Positions 1 to 19,607 of a DNA stretch of 51,279 nucleotides are shown piece by piece (within the stretch, counting starts at the first letter, position 1; each line of letters begins with the position of its first letter). The translations under genes and the position numbers were made by a program. The notes under the pieces are model-generated. The model saw only the letters and a program-made list of their open reading frames with translations, made no database searches and had not been told where the DNA came from. Origin of the DNA: Chromera velia (Eukaryota); NCBI GenBank assembly GCA_018398765.1, contig JAHBMJ010000287.1, positions 1 to 51,279 on the forward strand, given 5' to 3'.

Positions 1-334
1 CCCCCCCCCTGCCTCTGATACGCCCGCCGTTGAGCAGTGCCTCATATGAATTGAAAATAAAACAGTTATGATCATGAGAAGAAATGCTTCAATCGGATCG
101 ATTCAGAGCCATTCAAATACATTTTTTATTGTGTTTTCGTCTTAGCGTTAATTTACGATGATAGGTACCAGACAATTTATGGTTTTGAAAAAATATATAC
201 TCTATATATACATTTTTTTATTTCATTTTTTTAACATCTTACTAAGCTTAAATAGTCTTAAATAAATGATTATGAAAATCAATTAGTTTAAAGGTTAAAC
301 TATCTATTTTAATGTTTTAAAAACTAAATTTTTC

Positions 335-618
335 AAAGTCACTTTCCAGTACAAAAGTTTCAATTGTCAGTATAGTCAGTTCAAGATACTATAACTCTTT
401 CACCTCACTCACGTCCAACAATTTCCAACATACACACCACAAACGCATTAAACCTTATCTTTAAAAGTTGTTCATAGTTTCATACAGGTAAGAAACAATA
501 AATAGAATCATTCCAAGTGCTTTAAAGACTTAGTTTTTTATATAAAATTTAGTGTGATATATAGAAAATTAAAAGTCACTTTCTAGTACAAAAGTTTCAA
601 TTGTCAGTACAGTCAGTT
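335..618. repeat. 47-bp dispersed direct repeat (335-381 and 572-618)
   Basis: aaagtcactttc(c/t)agtacaaaagtttcaattgtcagta(t/c)agtcagtt occurs twice with 2 mismatches, both CAG/TAG. Confidence 0.9.
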
Positions 619-701
619 GTTCCTCACTGAGTCACTGACTTACTGTCACTCTGATCATTTTTCTCATGAGAATAGTTATCAGAACATTTCTGATGCGTGT
701 T

Positions 702-1397
702 TCAAAAATTTAAAAAAATATATGACTTTCCTGAATACGACCACATGTCGAGGGTGATCGACACTCGTCGGGTCGCTGCTTTTCTCAACCTGTCTTTGAT
801 TGACAGAATAATCTCGTTCTTCAGTGTTGGGAGCAGAAGTCTCTGCACCTTCCCCACAGACGGGAGATCATAGCGGGGGTCCAGTGTCTTGACCAACTTT
901 TGCAATGCCTCGTTTTCTGTGAGATGAGGCCAGCCAGCACTGGCCAGAAAGTTAGTGGTCAGCATATCGCACTTGATTCTCTTCTCATGCGTCTCTGCAT
1001 ATGGTGCGACCACGGGTTCTGCTTCATCTTTGGTGGGGAAAAACGTTCGCATGTCAGGCTGCTTCGTCCCTCCCGCCCCTTCCAACCGCTTCTCCTGTCT
1101 TTCTTGGAGCAGCTACACATGTTTGTCAGACGTGATTGTTAAGCCATGCTGATTGATGAGGTGGGTTTGAAAAGAACTGGTTACCGCTGCTGCATACTCA
1201 CAGCCATAAATAGTTTCTCCTTCCCCCTCAGCTCCTTGTATTTTCACCTGACACTGAATCACATTTGCCCCCTTTTGCACGGACCATATTTTTTTTGCAT
1301 ACCTGGCTCTAAAAACAAATGCCTCCTTCTTCCCGTTCGACCCTGTTGGATTGTGTGACATGTCTTTACGGGGTGTAAAATGTTTGCAAACGCTCAA
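702..1397 (-). pseudogene. hAT-family (BED-finger) transposase N-terminal fragment
   Basis: ORFs 1113-1397 and 702-1085 share a frame, interrupted by TAG at 1113-1115. A BED-finger-like segment (IW..QC...C....TSSFQTHLINQH) is followed by the typical hAT segment LDPRYDLPS...RVSITLDMWS, which contains the first catalytic Asp. The rest of the transposase is not recognisable. Confidence 0.85.
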
Positions 1398-1699
1398 AAA
1401 GGGGGCTGTAAAAGATGTTCCAGCACCAGAAAAGTTAACACAGCTGTTTGGGAAAACGTTCAGCTGATCGGTTTACCTCTGCATGAAGTAAAAGGGGGTG
1501 AAACATCAATTTCAGTGCAGCTCAAGACGTTTTTTTTTTTTGAGAGTAAACCATCAAGATTTAGGTTTTTTCATTTGAATCGGCATGCGTGATGGATCGG
1601 TACTTGTAAAAGTTTTTTCGGGACCTTCATATTTGAGGTTGAAAGTCATATTGATCAAATATTTAATCGTATTTGATAGGTCTTTAAACACTAGGTCCT

Positions 1700-1779
1700 C
1701 CTTGACTGGATATTTGATTTGAGCTTAAGCCCTACCTCAAATCAAATCAAATCAAATCAAACATGGTCACTAGCTCTAG
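1700..1779 (-). mobile_element. probable 5' terminus of the hAT element with subterminal ATTTG repeats
   Basis: The minus strand reads (c)tagagctagtgaccatg-tttgatttgatttgatttgatttgagg...ctcaaatcaaatatc upstream of the transposase. A TAG start with short subterminal repeats is typical of hAT ends. No partner TIR was found. Confidence 0.45.
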
Positions 1780-2754
1780 GTTGGCCAGAGTCTATACGGC
1801 TCACCGGCTTTAAACCCATACATCATCATCATCATCATCATCACCGGCTTCAACCTTATACATGATCATTAACATCATCATCATCATTCATTGATGCATG
1901 CATTCATGGCATAATTTCATGCATGCGTGCATACATTCATTCATTCATTTATTTCTCCATATATACAGTAGTCTATATGTATGCAGATAACATATTGATC
2001 GAGCACTTGAAGTAAAATATTATTACATGCATACTTAACGTTAATTAAGAATTTTCGTATATAAAATTATAGCTAGCGTATATACCTGTGCACTAGCTTG
2101 TATAGGGTAATGCACTCTTCAATTTTCTATAGATTTTCATTGGGGACTAGACTGGGGCGAATTAAGAGGTCTGTGAGATAATATGTGGACAAACTTTTTG
2201 GAACATAAAATGTAAAATGGACTTAGTGATACTTAGTGGAGTACACGGCGATGTACCGATGTTTTTGATCACGCAGATAACTAGCCTTAAACTAGAACAA
2301 ACGTTTTCGAGAATGTTTATCATCCTACACCTAGTTGCAAGCTCATTTTTTATATCATAACTTGTATCTAGCTAAATCAATATCTAGTTTTACACACTAT
2401 ACCAAAAGATATTAACTATGGAGGGTTGTAGTGGTTCATGTTCATGTGGAAGCAGGCTAAGCTGCAGCGGCTTACTTTAAATTCTTAGTCTACAACTGTA
2501 TGCATGAGTTGACAGCGTTGCTATTCGTCTTTGGTTTTAGAGACTCTAGGCTAAATTAACCATAATTAAGCAAGTAACTATTAACATCCTTAGTGATAGA
2601 CTAGGTCTTAAACCGTAAGTTTTGTACTACTAGACCTTTATAGCACAATATATTCATATTTTTTGTTTAAAGAGAAAATTTTAAAGAAAATTACCATGCA
2701 TCATGCACTGGCATGCAGACAAATTAACTGGCAAATCAATTGTAATCTGCATGT

Positions 2755-3921
2755 TTACATAGTGCAGTGAAGCGGGCGGCCTCCATGTTCGAACAGCCTT
2801 TTCTTACCAGCACACCAGTCGACAAACTTTAGTATTCTTGCCCTCGCCACTATAATCCCTGAAGGACCGGACAAAACTCGGCGAAGAGAGTTCGCTGAGA
2901 GAGGAAGTTTCAGATATTCGGGTTTCCAATACGGCAATGCTCGAGCGAGAACACCATGCCTGTCTTTCTCTCCCGCGTACGCATAGAAGACTTCCTGATC
3001 GGAACGCTGATCGGACTCAAAAGGGGCACAGAAGTGTTCAGTGGTGCAACGGTTCTCTGCTAGTTTAGCGGTCCGAACAGTCGCGACCTCACATGAAACG
3101 AATGCACTCTCTTTCCAGTCCCACAGGGACACCTCCCACCGGATCATCCACGCACAGCAGATACCATCGGGAGGATGATCAGAGGCAGGGACACTTCCTT
3201 CTCTAAGTTGCCCCTTCCACCCTCGGTCTGTCATCCTTTTCTCGTAATCCCTATCCTCCCTCGCTGCTCGTTTAATCCGAACAGCCACTTGCTCTTCAGG
3301 GCTTTCGAACACTCTCGCAAACAGCCGGTCGGTTCTTGCTACCGCCCCTGTGCCTTCGGGTCCATCAACTCCGTCCGCGCCGTTTTCGAGGGGCACGTTG
3401 ATGAGGGAGAGGGCGAAGGATCTGTGTTGATGGTCGAATTCCACAAGGGAACTCAGAGAAGCGAATTCCTCCTCGTTTACGTGTGTGATGTCAGACAGCC
3501 TTGTGACCAGACTCGCAGGGAGGGCACCATCTGCAGAATTCCGAAATTTCAAAGGAGACGTCGGAGAGATGAACAGCGTCTCTCTCTGGTCTGTCTCCCC
3601 ACCCCCACCCCCAAATGTCTTCCCCCGCCTCCCTGAGAGGAGCCCTCTAAGGATCCTCTTGTCCCCCCCAAACCACCGGGAGATCACACGCAGCAGGGAG
3701 GGGAAGTCCTGCCCCTGTCTGGACGGAATCGCAGACTGATCAGGGAACGCGACCCAGGACTCTTTCGTTCTTGCCGTCAGCTCAGCCGACCCGTCGATGT
3801 CCCGCCTCACAGATTGACAAGACCCCCGCAACTTCATCAACTCCAAGAGGGAGAGGAACGGAACCAGCGAGGGGAAGATCACATCTGATCCGGGTACATC
3901 AATAATCTCCGAAAACGACAT
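2755..3921 (-). CDS. single-exon protein (~388 aa) with an N-terminal F-box-like motif
   Basis: Long open frame with likely ATG at 3921. N-terminus MSFSEIIDVPGSDVIFPSLVPFLSLLELMKLRGSCQSVRRDI fits the F-box pattern (P..i...i..fL...eL.kl...C+.+r). The remainder is unrecognised. Confidence 0.65.
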   Translation of the reverse strand: MSFSEIIDVPGSDVIFPSLVPFLSLLELMKLRGSCQSVRRDIDGSAELTARTKESWVAFPDQSAIPSRQGQDFPSLLRVISRWFGGDKRILRGLLSGRRGKTFGGGGGETDQRETLFISPTSPLKFRNSADGALPASLVTRLSDITHVNEEEFASLSSLVEFDHQHRSFALSLINVPLENGADGVDGPEGTGAVARTDRLFARVFESPEEQVAVRIKRAAREDRDYEKRMTDRGWKGQLREGSVPASDHPPDGICCAWMIRWEVSLWDWKESAFVSCEVATVRTAKLAENRCTTEHFCAPFESDQRSDQEVFYAYAGEKDRHGVLARALPYWKPEYLKLPLSANSLRRVLSGPSGIIVARARILKFVDWCAGKKRLFEHGGRPLHCTM

Positions 3922-4290
3922 ACTTTCACTCCTTCTGTAAAAACCTTTCCCAGCGGATATATATGTACGTAATTTGAAGCCGTCTCCGGTCCTCTTCTCT
4001 TTGTTGACTGCCGAAAACTGCCGAAAGGAACCGAGTAAGATGTCACGGACTATATGGGAAGTTGGCACCTCAGGCAAGTGTCCAGCACATGAAGTCGATC
4101 ACTGCATGGTCGAAGATAATCTGTCGAGCGACTCTCTCTCCACTTGAGTGATTCTCAAAGCTCTGGTATCTCTCTGCGTTTTTTTTTTTTTTTTGCGTAT
4201 CGTTCATCTCTTTTTGCATGTGTGTTCGCGAGCGAAGGTGCATGCATGCATGCGGCGGCGCGGTTCTGGAGTTGGGCCGCGCACGTACGG

Positions 4291-4676
4291 GGGATACACA
4301 AAAATTCTCTTACGCGCGACGGCGGTACGCGTGTCACGACGCGTACCCCCCCCCTCATGCAGCATCTTAAGCTTCCGCGGTGCGTAAGAGCCTGCCGAAG
4401 GCCGGTGCATGTGGTGTCCTCTGCAGCTTTTTGACAGCCGTTTCCCTTGGACGCGGCATGCATGAAAAAACCCTCAATCATCAGTTTCCCTTTAAAACTG
4501 CTCTTGACGTGAAGGTGTCTTTTCGTGTTACTGACATCACGTGTGAACGCTTGGTGGGGTTCCCGGTTCTCCGAATGTTGCAAAAAGACGGGGCGTTGCG
4601 TAAGAATAATTATATATACCCCCCCCCCCAAAGCCCTTACGCGACGCCGTCGCGTAAGAGAATTTTTGTGTATCGC
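4291..4676. mobile_element. MITE with ~30-bp TIRs, possibly Mutator-like
   Basis: Left end gggatacacaaaaattctcttacgcgcgacggcg and right end cgccgtcgcgtaagagaatttttgtgtatcgc are inverted repeats. Flanks cacgtacgg and cacgtccgt form a 7/9 putative 9-bp TSD. Confidence 0.8.
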
Positions 4677-5051
4677 CACGTCCGTCGATCCTGAAATGTC
4701 CTGAATCGTCCACTCAGACTGCGTCTCCCAGGCAGAACTTTGATTGTTCTATATGTCGCCGCTGGTTTCCACTGGAAAGGTGGACGAATTTCGGAACAGG
4801 TGCCGGAAAAGTGTCCCACTGAATTTCTGGTGTGATCTGCAGTGGGAACAGGCCTTTCTGGATTTTTCCGTCCATAATATAATTTCGATCGATGACCCAG
4901 ATTTTCCAAACTCTCTTGAAAACTTTTTCCGAAGACTACAAAGGAGAGACGTTCCCCTTCGATTCCTGCGATTGACTTTGCTTACTGGCCTTCTAATTGA
5001 CTTTTTGACGGACCTACTCGTCGTCAACTGACTGGAAGTTTTTCTCCGAAA

Positions 5052-11462
<6,411 letters not shown>

Positions 11463-13042
11463 GAGCACAGATTGGCAGAGAGATAGTTATTTCTCTGCAG
11501 GGGTGATTCTCTTCAGAGAAAGAACGAATCCGAATTCAGGGTGGAAGGGATGAGGGATTGGACATACAGCAAAGACAAAGGAGGGGAGGGGAGAGCTAGG
11601 GGCCACAAAGGGGGGAGAGGGGGAATCCCCTCCTCTGTTTGTGTGTGCGTGTATGTGTGTGTGTTTATCCTCCCAAATGCCACGGCTATCTGTCTTGCTG
11701 AGAGCTGAATGAAAACGGAGAGGCTCTCGGTTGGACTCCCAGAAGACATTCTTGCTCAATCGATCTGACCTCCACGTTGCCGTGCATGCCGTATCTTTGT
11801 GGGGGAGAGAGAGAGAGAGAGAGAGTGACTGGAATGAAGCGGGAGTGCATGCAGGAAGGACGAATGGAGGCAGATAGATCTGCTGGCAAGCGCTCATTGA
11901 TCCATTCATTATGTCTCTATTGATTTATTTGTTTCTTCAGACGTTCATTATTCCTTTCTTCCTGAGTTTTCCTGATCTCTCTTCCGTCAAGCTGTGCAGC
12001 ACTGAATGCGCCTTGCAATCTAGTCCCTCCCTTCCTCTGCTCAATTTATTCTGGTGAAGGTCGCCTTCGGAGCAGGTGGGGATCAGGTCAGGCAGGGATG
12101 GGGAAAGGAAGGGGAGGGAAGAAGGGAAGGGAACGAAAGAGAAGGGATGGGAATGGAAGGGAAACGACTCAGGAGAATTCCGTGTGCATGAGTGGGTCTC
12201 TTCCTTCCTTCCTTCCTTCCTTCCTTTCTTTCTTTCTTTCTTTCTTTCTTCCTTCCTTCCTTCCTTTCTATTCTTCGTTCCGAGGGCACAGAGAAGAGAG
12301 GAAACGGAGCTCTCTTTCGATCTGGGAAGGAAGTCGACGGGGGGAGGGCATGCACGGTGTGGTGACATACGGGTATGAGTCTCGGAAAAAACTGAGGAAA
12401 GAAAAAAAGAAGTTCGACTTCAAAATCCTTTTCATCCGGGGGGAGAGTGACCGAGAGTCCCGCCCTTCTTGTCTGTCCGTCTTCACATATTATTATATAT
12501 ACACACTGTCATGGCATAAAATCACATACGCCGCTGCCGTTGAATTTTGAAGGCACACTTATATAGGACCTCTTAGGAACCTAGCTCGCTTAGGAATTAA
12601 CTCTAGCCAGGCGGCCTAGGCTAGGGCCCAGGCCTACCTTGCTACTACTCATCCCAGTGCCCATTATTGCCCATCACACATCGCCCTTTTAAAGCTAGTG
12701 TTTATATAATACATACTTACTCCTCAGACAAATCATCCACGTTTGCACTCTAGTTCATGGACTGTTAGTTCATCAGAATAATAAGCCTCCCGCAGCTTCA
12801 TTAACTCAAAGAAAGAGAGTAACAGAACCATAGCTAGAGGGTAAAAGCATATCTGATCCAGGTTAGGATACTCTCACAACGATATATTTTCACTAACTTT
12901 GACACTAGCTCTGACACTGAGTATGTCCTTCTGTCCAAGGCGATAACACGAGTACCAAACTTATCAGCTTAGCTTGAGGGGACAAAAATTGATCTATCGG
13001 TGGATTTGTATTAGGAAAAGGTCCCAGCGAATCATAACGACT

Positions 13043-13285
13043 CTAGACCCTGCACTAGCTAAATAAAAAAGAAAGAAAAAAAAAACTTTTGCTAGTTTTT
13101 TATTTTTTTATTTATTCATCCATTAAACAATAGTTGTTCTTCATGCAACACTCCTTGCAACACTCACACAACATCTAAATAACAGTTGTTTATCTAGTTA
13201 AGAGAGCGATAAATAAAAAAAGAATAGATAAAAAAAAAAGTTTTCTTAGTTTTTTTTTTATTTTTTTATCTAGTGCACGGCCTAG
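13043..13285. mobile_element. MITE with CTAG termini and 8-bp TSD
   Basis: TIRs ctagaccctgcactagctaaataaaa / ttttatctagtgcacggcctag; flanks taacgact / caacgact; internal A/T tracts and caacac/cagttgt motifs. Confidence 0.85.
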
Positions 13286-14854
13286 CAACGACTCAAGTAT
13301 CTAGCATGAAGAAGGCTCCAAGTCCAAGACTGTGTTAGGGACTGTATAGCATGAAACGCGCGACAATAATATACAGCCCATAGGATAGCAGGTATGCAGC
13401 AGTGGCTAGAGTAGAGTACGGGGCTCATATGGTATAAGAAGTTCTGTTATACAAGGTTGTTACTTCTAGATGCTTTCCTACAGGCTCTCATGCAGAGACT
13501 CAGCTAATTGCTGACTGTATGCATATGACTGCATTAATTGCATAGAGCTGGCTGGGGATATAAGCTTACTCGTTATGCGTGCACTCTAAGGATCCTAACA
13601 TGACTTGACACCCTAGAATCCCACAATGCTACGTGCCACCTCCCCCTTAAGTGTTATCCGCAACACTCTGACAGCTTTTTGATGGAACTCACACCGATGC
13701 ATGCTGCATGAGACATACGCTGAAATGGCAATAAAGTGATGCCTCTTCGGAAAGGGCTGAAGATCACATCCAAGTCGATCAACGCCAGGCGGATCAACAA
13801 TCTGATTCTTCTATCCTTTCGCAAATCAGTTTTCTTCACTGCTATGCTGAATGTTTTCTCTTTCCTTTCTTTTGTCGTGTGCCTCTCTTTCTTTTGACTT
13901 TTGTGCTAGCTTTCACAGCTCCTTTTGTTGTCGCAGCTTTCTTTGATTTCTTAGCCCTTTTTCTCTTCCTTTTTTCCTTCTGTCTTGCTTTTATTCTATT
14001 CATCATCACTTCCCTTCAATGACCTTTTACTCACATGAAGACCCACGTACCGCCTCCCCCCACTGGCCCCCAGGCCACGTCTCGCGGCTTGAGATACGCA
14101 CGCGATAAAAAGATGCAAAAACAAACGCACTTAAAAAAAAAAATCGGTCTAGACGACATCAGACGACCCCCCATCAAAGTCAAATCAAACCTGCTTGCTT
14201 TTTGTCTGCCCATTTCTTGTAACTCCAGTCGTACGGTTCAGCACACAGCGTTTTCAGCATCCAAGGCTGCCAACGATCCCCGTACAGAGCGTTCAGGTCT
14301 GAAATTGCTTCTCTTTCTCGGGTGGAGGAATCCTGCCCTCTGATTGGGGTGACTCCTCGCGAATTTAACTCAGGCCTGCCGACGGATTCAATACGGCCGA
14401 TCCTGTGCACGGGAGCTACGCTACCCCTACACGTACAATATTAGACCCACTTAAGTTCTCCTTTGCCCAAAACTGCAGGCATTCTCCTCCCTGATTGCAT
14501 AGATTTCGGCTTTGTGTTTTGCCTCACGAACTCGCTCTTTCTTCTTTTCTCTCTTCTTTCTCTTTCTCTCTGCTCTCCCCAACTTTCCTGAATCAACGTC
14601 CCTACAAAAGGTAGCATGCGGCTGAGAATGTTGGGTGCACGCTCCGATAAGGGCGCTCGCATCGTTGCTCACATCTTTTCTTCTCTCCAACCTCCCCAAC
14701 TCTATGGAAATGGAACCATTTGCATTCTCATCCCTTCCGGCGTTTGCCATCATGGAGGGGCTGTGACTGAAATCAAAAGTTGTATGCGGCATTGCAGTCA
14801 ACAGTGCTCCCTCTGCTCTCGTTAGTGTTCTTTCCTCTTTTATCTCCCACATCA

Positions 14855-15493
14855 CTACATCTTCCTGCTGGAAGCTCTAACTGACATGTTCACTCCCTCT
14901 ATGCATTGGCCCCCCGGGATAACTATCTTCTCCTCCATAAGGCATATCTGGATTCCTGTCTTGTTGAGAGGACTGGGTCGAGCGATAGACATTGCTGCCA
15001 AACCCTCTTGCCACTTTTCTGCTTTCATCCTGCTTTCACCCTGCTCTGCAGACTTCTGAAATTCCGTCAGCATGCTTTTCGAGATATCGTCTGCAGGTAG
15101 GAGACTTGCGCTCTCTTTCTTTTTCTGGTTCTTTCTACATCTCCTAGAAGAAACACCTTTCCAATCCTTTGAAGAATTGACAGTGACGGACTCAGCTGCC
15201 TGTTTGCGTGCCCAGGCTGCTGCGGTTATCATCTTGCTGCAGCGTGTCTTTAGCTTCTTTTTTACATGCACTGTATCGGTGGATGCATACGAACGGTCTT
15301 CATACTCCTTCGGAACTCGATCTGAGGAAGTTCTACCCAAAGTTGCCACAAGCTTTACAATTCCTGCAAGACTTAGGACATTTGCAAGGAGAGTAGTGCC
15401 GTTCTTTCGGAGCTCTGTGAATGACACCTCCTTAAACTTCTCGAACTCCTCCAACAATGAAAGAAAAGATTCATACCTTCCCGAGACGGACAT
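14855..15493 (-). CDS. hypothetical protein or decayed gene fragment (212-aa ORF)
   Basis: ATG-initiated, non-repetitive ORF with protein-like composition and no recognisable domain. It lies in a region of degraded coding-like sequence. Confidence 0.3.
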   Translation of the reverse strand: MSVSGRYESFLSLLEEFEKFKEVSFTELRKNGTTLLANVLSLAGIVKLVATLGRTSSDRVPKEYEDRSYASTDTVHVKKKLKTRCSKMITAAAWARKQAAESVTVNSSKDWKGVSSRRCRKNQKKKESASLLPADDISKSMLTEFQKSAEQGESRMKAEKWQEGLAAMSIARPSPLNKTGIQICLMEEKIVIPGGQCIEGVNMSVRASSRKM

Positions 15494-15666
15494 TGAAAAT
15501 TCTTTGGAAGGACGGGCGACTGTAAGAATGTACAGAAGCCCACAGAACGGAAGTGAAAAAGGATAATGGAATTAACTGCTGTTGCTGAGTGGTTGCATGC
15601 AAATGCTCAAACCAATTGTGGCTTAAGACTTCGCAACTGCATGTTCACGACCTGAGATGAAAACAG

Positions 15667-17205
15667 TTGGTGCATAATCGAGGAGTGAATGCAACCTCCG
15701 CCATCTCCTCTTCCTCTTCCTCTCCGAAGGCAGACAGAATTTCGAATCCATTGCATCCTACTTTCTTTGTCATTAATGGATTGTACCTCAATGAGACCAT
15801 TGAACATTTTTGTCTCAGTCTTGACTTCAACCTGCTGACCAGGGGGATCTCAGACACGTCACAGAGAAACTGCATGGGGCTCTTTCCTGTCTGGATTAGG
15901 TATGTAGACATGACCAGGCTGGAGGAAAGCACATATTTTTATTTAGAGGGCAGATGTGGAGATGGACATCACTTCCTGGTTGGTTTGTGAGTCTTCAGAT
16001 AGAGCTGCAGGACAAATTCCGTTCCGTATACACGGATGTGGAAAGGAAGGCCGGGCAATTTACCAGGGTAGAAGAGCACGGTATGAAGGCCAAGATGGCA
16101 CGCATGGGGGGTAATGAGATGAAAACGACTGAAGACTGCAGCATTCATCCATCAGTAGTCAGTCTTCCTCACTCTTTCCCGTGTTGTTAGACTCTCAAAG
16201 CCCGCGTGTGAGTACTAAATCAAGCATTCTTACCCATATGTAGACAGACAGCAAATCGTTTGCTGGTATATCACCCAAATTCATCCGAACGTTTTTTCTG
16301 GGCCTCTCTCTGTGTCTTAATTATTTTTCAGGTAGGGAAAACACACTGCTCACCTGCATCTCCTGAGAGCGGAGATGAAGAAGATCACGGTCGAAATCGT
16401 GGAGCTGGCCAACGTGAGAGATCGCACGGTCAGTGATGGAGGCACCTGTACTTTGAACCTTCTTAGCATGCAGCTGCATGCTTCATGACAAGTTCATGTA
16501 TGATGCTTCGATCGAGAGGTAATTTGGAAATCACTTTTTGATCAGCTTATAAAAACAGTCAAAAGCCAAAAAAAAAATATTAATCTTTCCCACACCTCCC
16601 CTTGTAGTCGATCATTGCAAGCAGACGATGGAGTTCCCCTTGAGTCAACCCACACACTGACCTTTACTTTCTTCAGCGTGGTTGTTCGATCTTTCTCTGT
16701 TCCTTAATTTGGCAACATCGCTGTAGGTATGGATAAATTACAATCCGAGACGAAAGGACGAGACCGCCTATAAAGCCCCTGTAAGGATCCGGTCAGTATA
16801 TAACAGGAGCTTGATCGGTTTGCTAAATGTGTTACAAGCTCCCTCTTCCTTCCTGTGTCTTTGTCTCGCTCGTTAAAGATTTCACGAGAGGGCTGACGAT
16901 GTGTGTCTGTCGCTTTGTCTTTTCTGTATCTCTAGCTACCTGTCACTTCACTGTGGAATTTCAATCTTCCTTATTTTGGCGGGTCTCATCATTTTTGAGC
17001 ATATGGACGGTATCGTCAGTTCACCATGATTTGCCGGTAGGCAGTTTGCATACCTCTCTCTCTTTTTATGTGCGTGAGAGAGGGGGGGGAGGGGGGGGGG
17101 AGACAGATAGACAGACAGACAGACACATGCAGATGCAGTACCATGCGCGTGCACACACACACATGCACATGCACATGCACACACACACACACACACACAT
17201 ACAGA

Positions 17206-17249
<44 letters not shown>

Positions 17250-17440
17250 CAAACAGAATAGAAAGAGAGATAGGTGGAAGCCTACTCAGTGTCTATGCAT
17301 GTCCTGTATCCTTGATCGGCTTGAGAATCTCTCTGTCTGTCCCTGCATACAATTTCCTGCGCAATGGTGTACATGAAGATAACGCATGCGCACGTTGATC
17401 TCTCTCTCTCTCTCTCCCCCCCCCCCCCNNNCCCCCCCCC

Positions 17441-17504
<64 letters not shown>

Positions 17505-18773
17505 ATATACGACGTGTAGTGTCTTCAGATCTTGGTTCGTCTGCTGGTTTTTTCTGGTTGCCTCTGTGTCCGGTTTCTCATGGCAAGTGATCTCAGTCAT
17601 TCAGGGTGTTCTGTCCACTTGTCTATCTCTGCACTCTTCCTTCACTCACAGTCAAACCACTTTGATCTGTAAGAAACTCCCTCGCTTTCACATGATCACT
17701 TTTTCGTTTCCCCTTCTTTCTGTTGTACTGCAGGTGTAGGGAATGGTTTGGCCAGTACGGCCAGAGGCCTGGAGAAGAAGAATCCGAAGACAGCTGGACC
17801 GGAGAAAAGTGGACGTCAATCTCTCCGGAGAGTTTTTTCAAGATCTTTGAAAAACACAGGAAGGGTGTGGGAGTGTTTTCAAGATCTTTAAAAAACACAG
17901 GAAGGGTGTGGTCGGGAACCACTTCGTGGAAGGTGCGCGACCTGGGATTACGATGACGTAGCAGGCAAGGTCGACCGAGGCGGTAAGTTCAGAGCGGGAG
18001 AAACTAATAGAAACCAGGGGGCAATTTTCTTCTCTCCATCTTGAAAAGGCTCAAGAAATTCACTCAAAGAAAGCAGACTGCTCTGCAATCCTGCGAAATT
18101 TAGAATCATCATTTTTCTTGGTTATTCCTCTACTTCTATCACCGCTCCTTCCCTTTCTGTCTGATATCTTCCTGTATCTTTCGAATCATTGCTTCTCTCT
18201 TGTCTTTTCTTCCCTTCTTTTTTTCATTGAATTTCTGTCTTAATTATCCTTGATTCTCACCTTAAAGTTTCTTTCGCGCGATCAAGCATCAGTGAGTCCA
18301 TTTAGTAACACTGTCGACTGTGCTCTCGCCTCCGTCTCCGCAGCAATTCTGCATCTGTCCACCTCTCTAGCTCTCACTTTGTCTCGCTGCCGCACTCTCT
18401 CTCTCAGTACCCTATACATCTCACCCCACTAAAAGTGCCCTCTATTTTGATTTCTATCTTTTGTCCCTGATTCTTCTTTCTCTTGAGGTCTCTACTTACT
18501 GCCGGTTAGCTGTATCAGCTTGCTTATACCCAGGTCCTCACTCAGGTCTAGAAGAGCGTGACACCGTCCTTGTATTTCTCTCTCTTTGTGTTTCTCTATC
18601 TTTATGTTTACGTTTTCTTTTACTTTCTCTTTAAGGCTTTCTGCTTTTCCCCTGCTCTCCTATTTTCTTGTCTTTTTCAGTCTGTCTTATCATTTTTTCT
18701 GTTCCTTCAGTCTGTCCTTTTTTCTTTCGATCCGCCCATCCTTCCTTCCTTCCTTTTTTTCTGAGACTTTCGT

Positions 18774-18805
<32 letters not shown>

Positions 18806-19037
18806 TTTTTCTTTCTTTTTTTCTTTCTTTCTTCCTTTTTTTCCTTTCTTCGTGAACCCCTCCTTTTCCAACCTGTCCCTCTGTTTTGAATCAATCCCAC
18901 CCAGGTTTTTCATGCACTTTCATTCCTTTGTTGAAGTTTGTCTTTCTGTCTGCCTGCTCGTATGTTGGTGTTCCTTCATCCCTCCCTCCCTGCCTTCCTC
19001 TTTGAGACTCGCTTTCTCTCTCTCTGCCTCTCTGTCT

Positions 19038-19106
<69 letters not shown>

Positions 19107-19136
19107 ATGTATGTCTATGTATATGTGTGTATATGT

Positions 19137-19176
<40 letters not shown>

Positions 19177-19289
19177 GTATGTATGTATGTGTATATGTGT
19201 ATGTGTGTGTATATATGTATGTGTGTGTATATGTATGTGTGTGTATGTGTATGTGTGTGTGTGTGTATATGTGTATGTGTGTGTGTATA

Positions 19290-19343
<54 letters not shown>

Positions 19344-19607
19344 CATGTACATGTGTGTGCATGTGTATGTGTGCATGAATATCTGCACGCATATGTCTGC
19401 TTATTTCTTTGTGTGTCTGTTTGTCTGTCAGTCTATCAGGTTGGTTGGTTGGTTGGCGGGCGGGCATCTTGCAGAAGTATTACAACACAGACTTTTTTTA
19501 CTGTTTTCAAATTGCAGGCGGGTGCAAACAAAGAGTCCCTCGAGGCCGCTCGGTCGTCTGCTCCCTTAGGGTCGGTGCAGGAGGAGAAACCTGAGGACCT
19601 CAAGTGA
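15667..19607 (+). pseudogene. decayed multi-exon gene of unknown function
   Basis: AG/GT-bounded, phase-compatible exons 16332-16428, 16727-16791, 17734-17982 and 19518-19607 (…RAEMKKITVEIVELANVRDRT/VWINYNPRRKDETAYKAPVRIR/CREWFGQYGQRP…). A 41-bp tandem duplication (17835/17876) shifts the frame and there is an in-frame TAG at 17959. The 5' boundary is uncertain. Confidence 0.55.
19040..19380. repeat. (CT)n / degenerate (TG)n microsatellite block
   Basis: Directly visible simple repeats; they produce spurious CV/HT ORFs. Confidence 0.95.

Noticed and set aside
4240..4253. TGCATGCA as a specific ApiAP2 promoter site
   Set aside because: The motif is ubiquitous in the window, including introns, so no positional specificity can be claimed.
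17417..17442. Poly-C tracts with Ns as G-quadruplex elements
   Set aside because: They coincide with assembly gaps, so the sequence is unreliable.
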